A stretch of 64,000 nucleotides of DNA, from positions 1 through 64,000 of the forward strand of contig CAVUWA010000002.1 in NCBI GenBank assembly GCA_963744995.1, given 5' to 3'. This document shows, piece by piece, positions 61,746 to 64,000 of this stretch. Below the pieces are notes generated by a model that was given only the letters and a program-made list of their open reading frames with translations, did no database searches and was not told the origin of the DNA. Both the position numbers and the translations under genes were made by a program. How positions within the stretch are numbered: the stretch's first letter is position 1; every line of letters begins with the position of its first letter. Source of the stretch: Candidatus Eiseniibacteriota bacterium. GTDB lineage: Bacteria > Eisenbacteria > RBG-16-71-46.

Positions 61746-62552
61746 ATGGAAGCCACTACGACCAGACTCGTCGGCTACAGCGTCAAGAACGGCGTCGCCA
61801 CGATCGAGCTGACCAACGCGCCGATGAACTGCTACACGTTCGAGATGATGGCGCAGCTCGACGAGGCGATCATCAAGGCCCGATTCGACGAGAGCGTGCA
61901 CGTCATCGTGCTGCGCGGCGCGGGCGAGAAGGTGTTCTGCGCGGGCGCCGACATCAACATGCTCAATTCGGTGACGCCGACCTTCAAGTACTTCTTCTGC
62001 CTGCACGCGAACGAGACGCTCAACCGCCTCGAGCACACGCCCAAACTGGTGATCGCCGCGCTCAACGGCCACACGGTCGGCGGCGGACTCGAGATCGCGA
62101 TGGCGGCGGACCTCCGCATCGCGCGCCAGAACGGCGGCAAGGTCGGCCTGCCGGAAGTGAACCTCGGCGTGCTCCCGGGCACGGGCGGCACGCAGCGCCT
62201 GACGCGCCTCGTCAACAAGTCGCAGGCGATCGAGCTGATGGTGACGGGCAACGTGATCGACTTCGATCACGCGAAGACGCTGGGGATCATCAACGACGTG
62301 TGGGAGGCGGCGGGCACCGACGACTTCATGGCGAAGGTCCAGACCTACGCCGAAGGGTTCTGCCCGCCGAACAAGGCGTCGAAGGCGGTCGGCCGGATCA
62401 AGCGCTCGGTGCAGTCGGGCAGCGAGGTGCCGTTCGAGTCGGCACTGGCGATCGAACGCGAGCTGCAGCAGCAGCTGTTCCAGAGCGAAGACGCGAAGGA
62501 AGGCATCGCCGCCTACGTCGAGAAGCGCAAGGCGAAGTTCGCGGGCAAGTAA
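61746..62552 (+). CDS. Enoyl-CoA hydratase/isomerase
   Basis: [32 protein letters not shown]. Confidence 0.93.
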   Translation: MEATTTRLVGYSVKNGVATIELTNAPMNCYTFEMMAQLDEAIIKARFDESVHVIVLRGAGEKVFCAGADINMLNSVTPTFKYFFCLHANETLNRLEHTPKLVIAALNGHTVGGGLEIAMAADLRIARQNGGKVGLPEVNLGVLPGTGGTQRLTRLVNKSQAIELMVTGNVIDFDHAKTLGIINDVWEAAGTDDFMAKVQTYAEGFCPPNKASKAVGRIKRSVQSGSEVPFESALAIERELQQQLFQSEDAKEGIAAYVEKRKAKFAGK

Positions 62553-62662
62553 GCCCGGGCACCACTGCCGGCGACGGCCGTCCGCGTGACAGCGCGGGCG
62601 GCCGTTTCGCGCGCCGGGCAGCGGCTCGGGTCCGCCTCCAGGGTCGACTGAAGCACGCGGGC

Positions 62663-62802
62663 CGCGGGTCCGGAATCCGCTGCCGGTAAGTCCCGCGGCG
62701 CGCGGTGGAGCCATGGATGGCGGGCGCGGCCGTCGGACAAACGAGGCCCGGCCAGGAAGGCCGCGCCGAAGTGTCTCCCCGGCAGCGGATTCCGGACCCG
62801 CG
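62663..62802. repeat. 140-bp intergenic element with perfect 24-bp terminal inverted repeats
   Basis: cgcgggtccggaatccgctgccgg (62663-62686) is the exact reverse complement of 62779-62802. Confidence 0.85.
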
Positions 62803-62914
62803 CCCGTCGCCCCATGGAAGGCCGCCCGCGCCGTCGGTGATGCGCCCGCATGCCTCTTTGGAAAACCCTGACAACGCGCATTCGCCCGCCGCGCCTGCGC
62901 TATAGTCTTTCGCC

Positions 62915-64000
62915 ATGACTCGTTCCATCACCGTCGCCGTGCTGCTGCTCGCATGCCTGCCCGCGCTCGCAGGCGCACAGGGCGCCGATTCCACGCGGAT
63001 TCCGCTGACCGTTCCCGGGCGACCGGCGCCGGTGGACACCCTTCCGGATCCGGGCGAGCGGGCGCTCGAGTTCTACCGGCGCGGCGTGGCGTTCGAGAAG
63101 CTCGGCAAGAAGGAGGCGGCGCTGTTCGCGTTCCAGAACTGCGTGCTCGCCGATCGCACGTTTCCCGATGCCTACTACCGGCTCGGCGGGCTGTTCCTCG
63201 ACGTCGGCAACGTCGAGAAGGCGCGGCAGTGCTTCGAGGCCGAGCTGCGCAACTCGCCGAAGCACGAGCAGGCGTCGCGCGAGCTGGGGCTCGCGCTGGC
63301 GCGGCTCGGGCACGCGAAGCAGGGGCTGCCGCGGCTCGTGAAGTATCGCGACGCGCATCCCGCGGAGGGCCTCGCCTGGTACGAGCTCGGCTACGCCTAC
63401 ATGGAGGCCGGGGATCCCGCGAAGGCCGAACGGGCGATGGAAAAGGCGGTCGAGATCGGTCCGCCGAATCCCGTCTGGCATCGCGATCTCGGTGCGATCT
63501 ACGCGGCGCGGGGCGCGGACGATGCGGCGCGGCGCGAATACGCGGCGGCGCTCGAGATCAGCCCCACCAACCCCACTCCGCTGATCAACCTCGGCAACCT
63601 CGAGCGCCGCGCCGGCCACGCCCGCGCGGCCCTCGAGGCGTACCGGCGCGCCGAAGCGATCGACAGCACGCTGCACTTCGCCTACAACGGGCAGGCGCTG
63701 GTGCTGCGCGATCTCGGCCGCCAGGACGAAGCCGCAGCCGTCTACCGCCGCTGGCTCAAGAAGCGCCCGGGCGACCACGGCGCGCGGCTCGAGGCGGTGA
63801 AGTTCTTCCAGGCGATCGCGCTGCCGGAGCAGGGGCTGCAGCTCGCGCGCGAAGGCGTCGAGCGGAACCCGAAATCCGGCGACGCCCGCATGGTGCTCGC
63901 CATTGCGCTGAACGGCGTGGGGAAGAAGGACGAGGCGCTCGCCGAGCTGCATCGCGCGAAAGAGATGTTCATCGTTCCCGCCGATCGTGCGCAGGTCGAT
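62915..64000 (+). CDS. Exported TPR-repeat protein, truncated by the window end
   Basis: TATAGT -10-like box then ATG; signal peptide [41 protein letters not shown] units; absent from the ORF track because it has no stop in the window. Confidence 0.85.
   Translation, partial: MTRSITVAVLLLACLPALAGAQGADSTRIPLTVPGRPAPVDTLPDPGERALEFYRRGVAFEKLGKKEAALFAFQNCVLADRTFPDAYYRLGGLFLDVGNVEKARQCFEAELRNSPKHEQASRELGLALARLGHAKQGLPRLVKYRDAHPAEGLAWYELGYAYMEAGDPAKAERAMEKAVEIGPPNPVWHRDLGAIYAARGADDAARREYAAALEISPTNPTPLINLGNLERRAGHARAALEAYRRAEAIDSTLHFAYNGQALVLRDLGRQDEAAAVYRRWLKKRPGDHGARLEAVKFFQAIALPEQGLQLAREGVERNPKSGDARMVLAIALNGVGKKDEALAELHRAKEMFIVPADRAQVD

Noticed and set aside
62663..62802. SRP RNA candidate suggested by GGTCCGGAA and CAGGAAG strings
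   Set aside because: The conserved SRP domain IV context is absent
23126..63952. Very long antisense or alternate-frame ORFs (e.g. 27726..30755, 51400..54453, 35369..37999, 62900..63952)
   Set aside because: Shadow ORFs typical of high-GC DNA; they overlap well-supported genes and show no recognisable motifs

Overview
High-GC (about 70% by eye) bacterial window. Many secreted proteins end in an FlgD-Ig/T9SS-like domain or a short C-terminal [ST]WGxLKxIY[RH] motif, which suggests an FCB-related candidate phylum such as Ca. Eisenbacteria (inference). From ~4 to 18.4 kb there is a defence island: a type I RM locus (hsdM, hsdS, hsdR) with a GmrSD/DUF262 gene and a Rad50/RloC-like ABC-ATPase between hsdM and hsdS. 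It is followed by a HEPN-CBS fusion, an HNH endonuclease and a zinc anti-sigma finger fused to a PD-(D/E)XK-like domain. Single-base indels are dense between 3.4 and 23 kb and rare elsewhere, probably assembly errors, and the hsdS TRDs look scrambled. The remainder encodes secreted repeat proteins (FG-GAP, beta-propeller, beta-helix, GEVED), a hybrid histidine kinase, a wHTH/nucleotidyltransferase TA-like pair and an AhpD-like probable selenoprotein (CPY-UGA plus SECIS-like hairpin). It also has BlaI/BlaR1 with a tandem operator, a bioY-led acyl-CoA catabolic operon in which two enzymes carry histone-like basic tails, arsR-arsM, and a truncated TPR gene. A shared sigma54-type motif precedes four genes for sorting-domain proteins. 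No rRNA, tRNA, CRISPR array, integrase or transposase was recognised. All family calls come from motif recognition by eye, not database searches.
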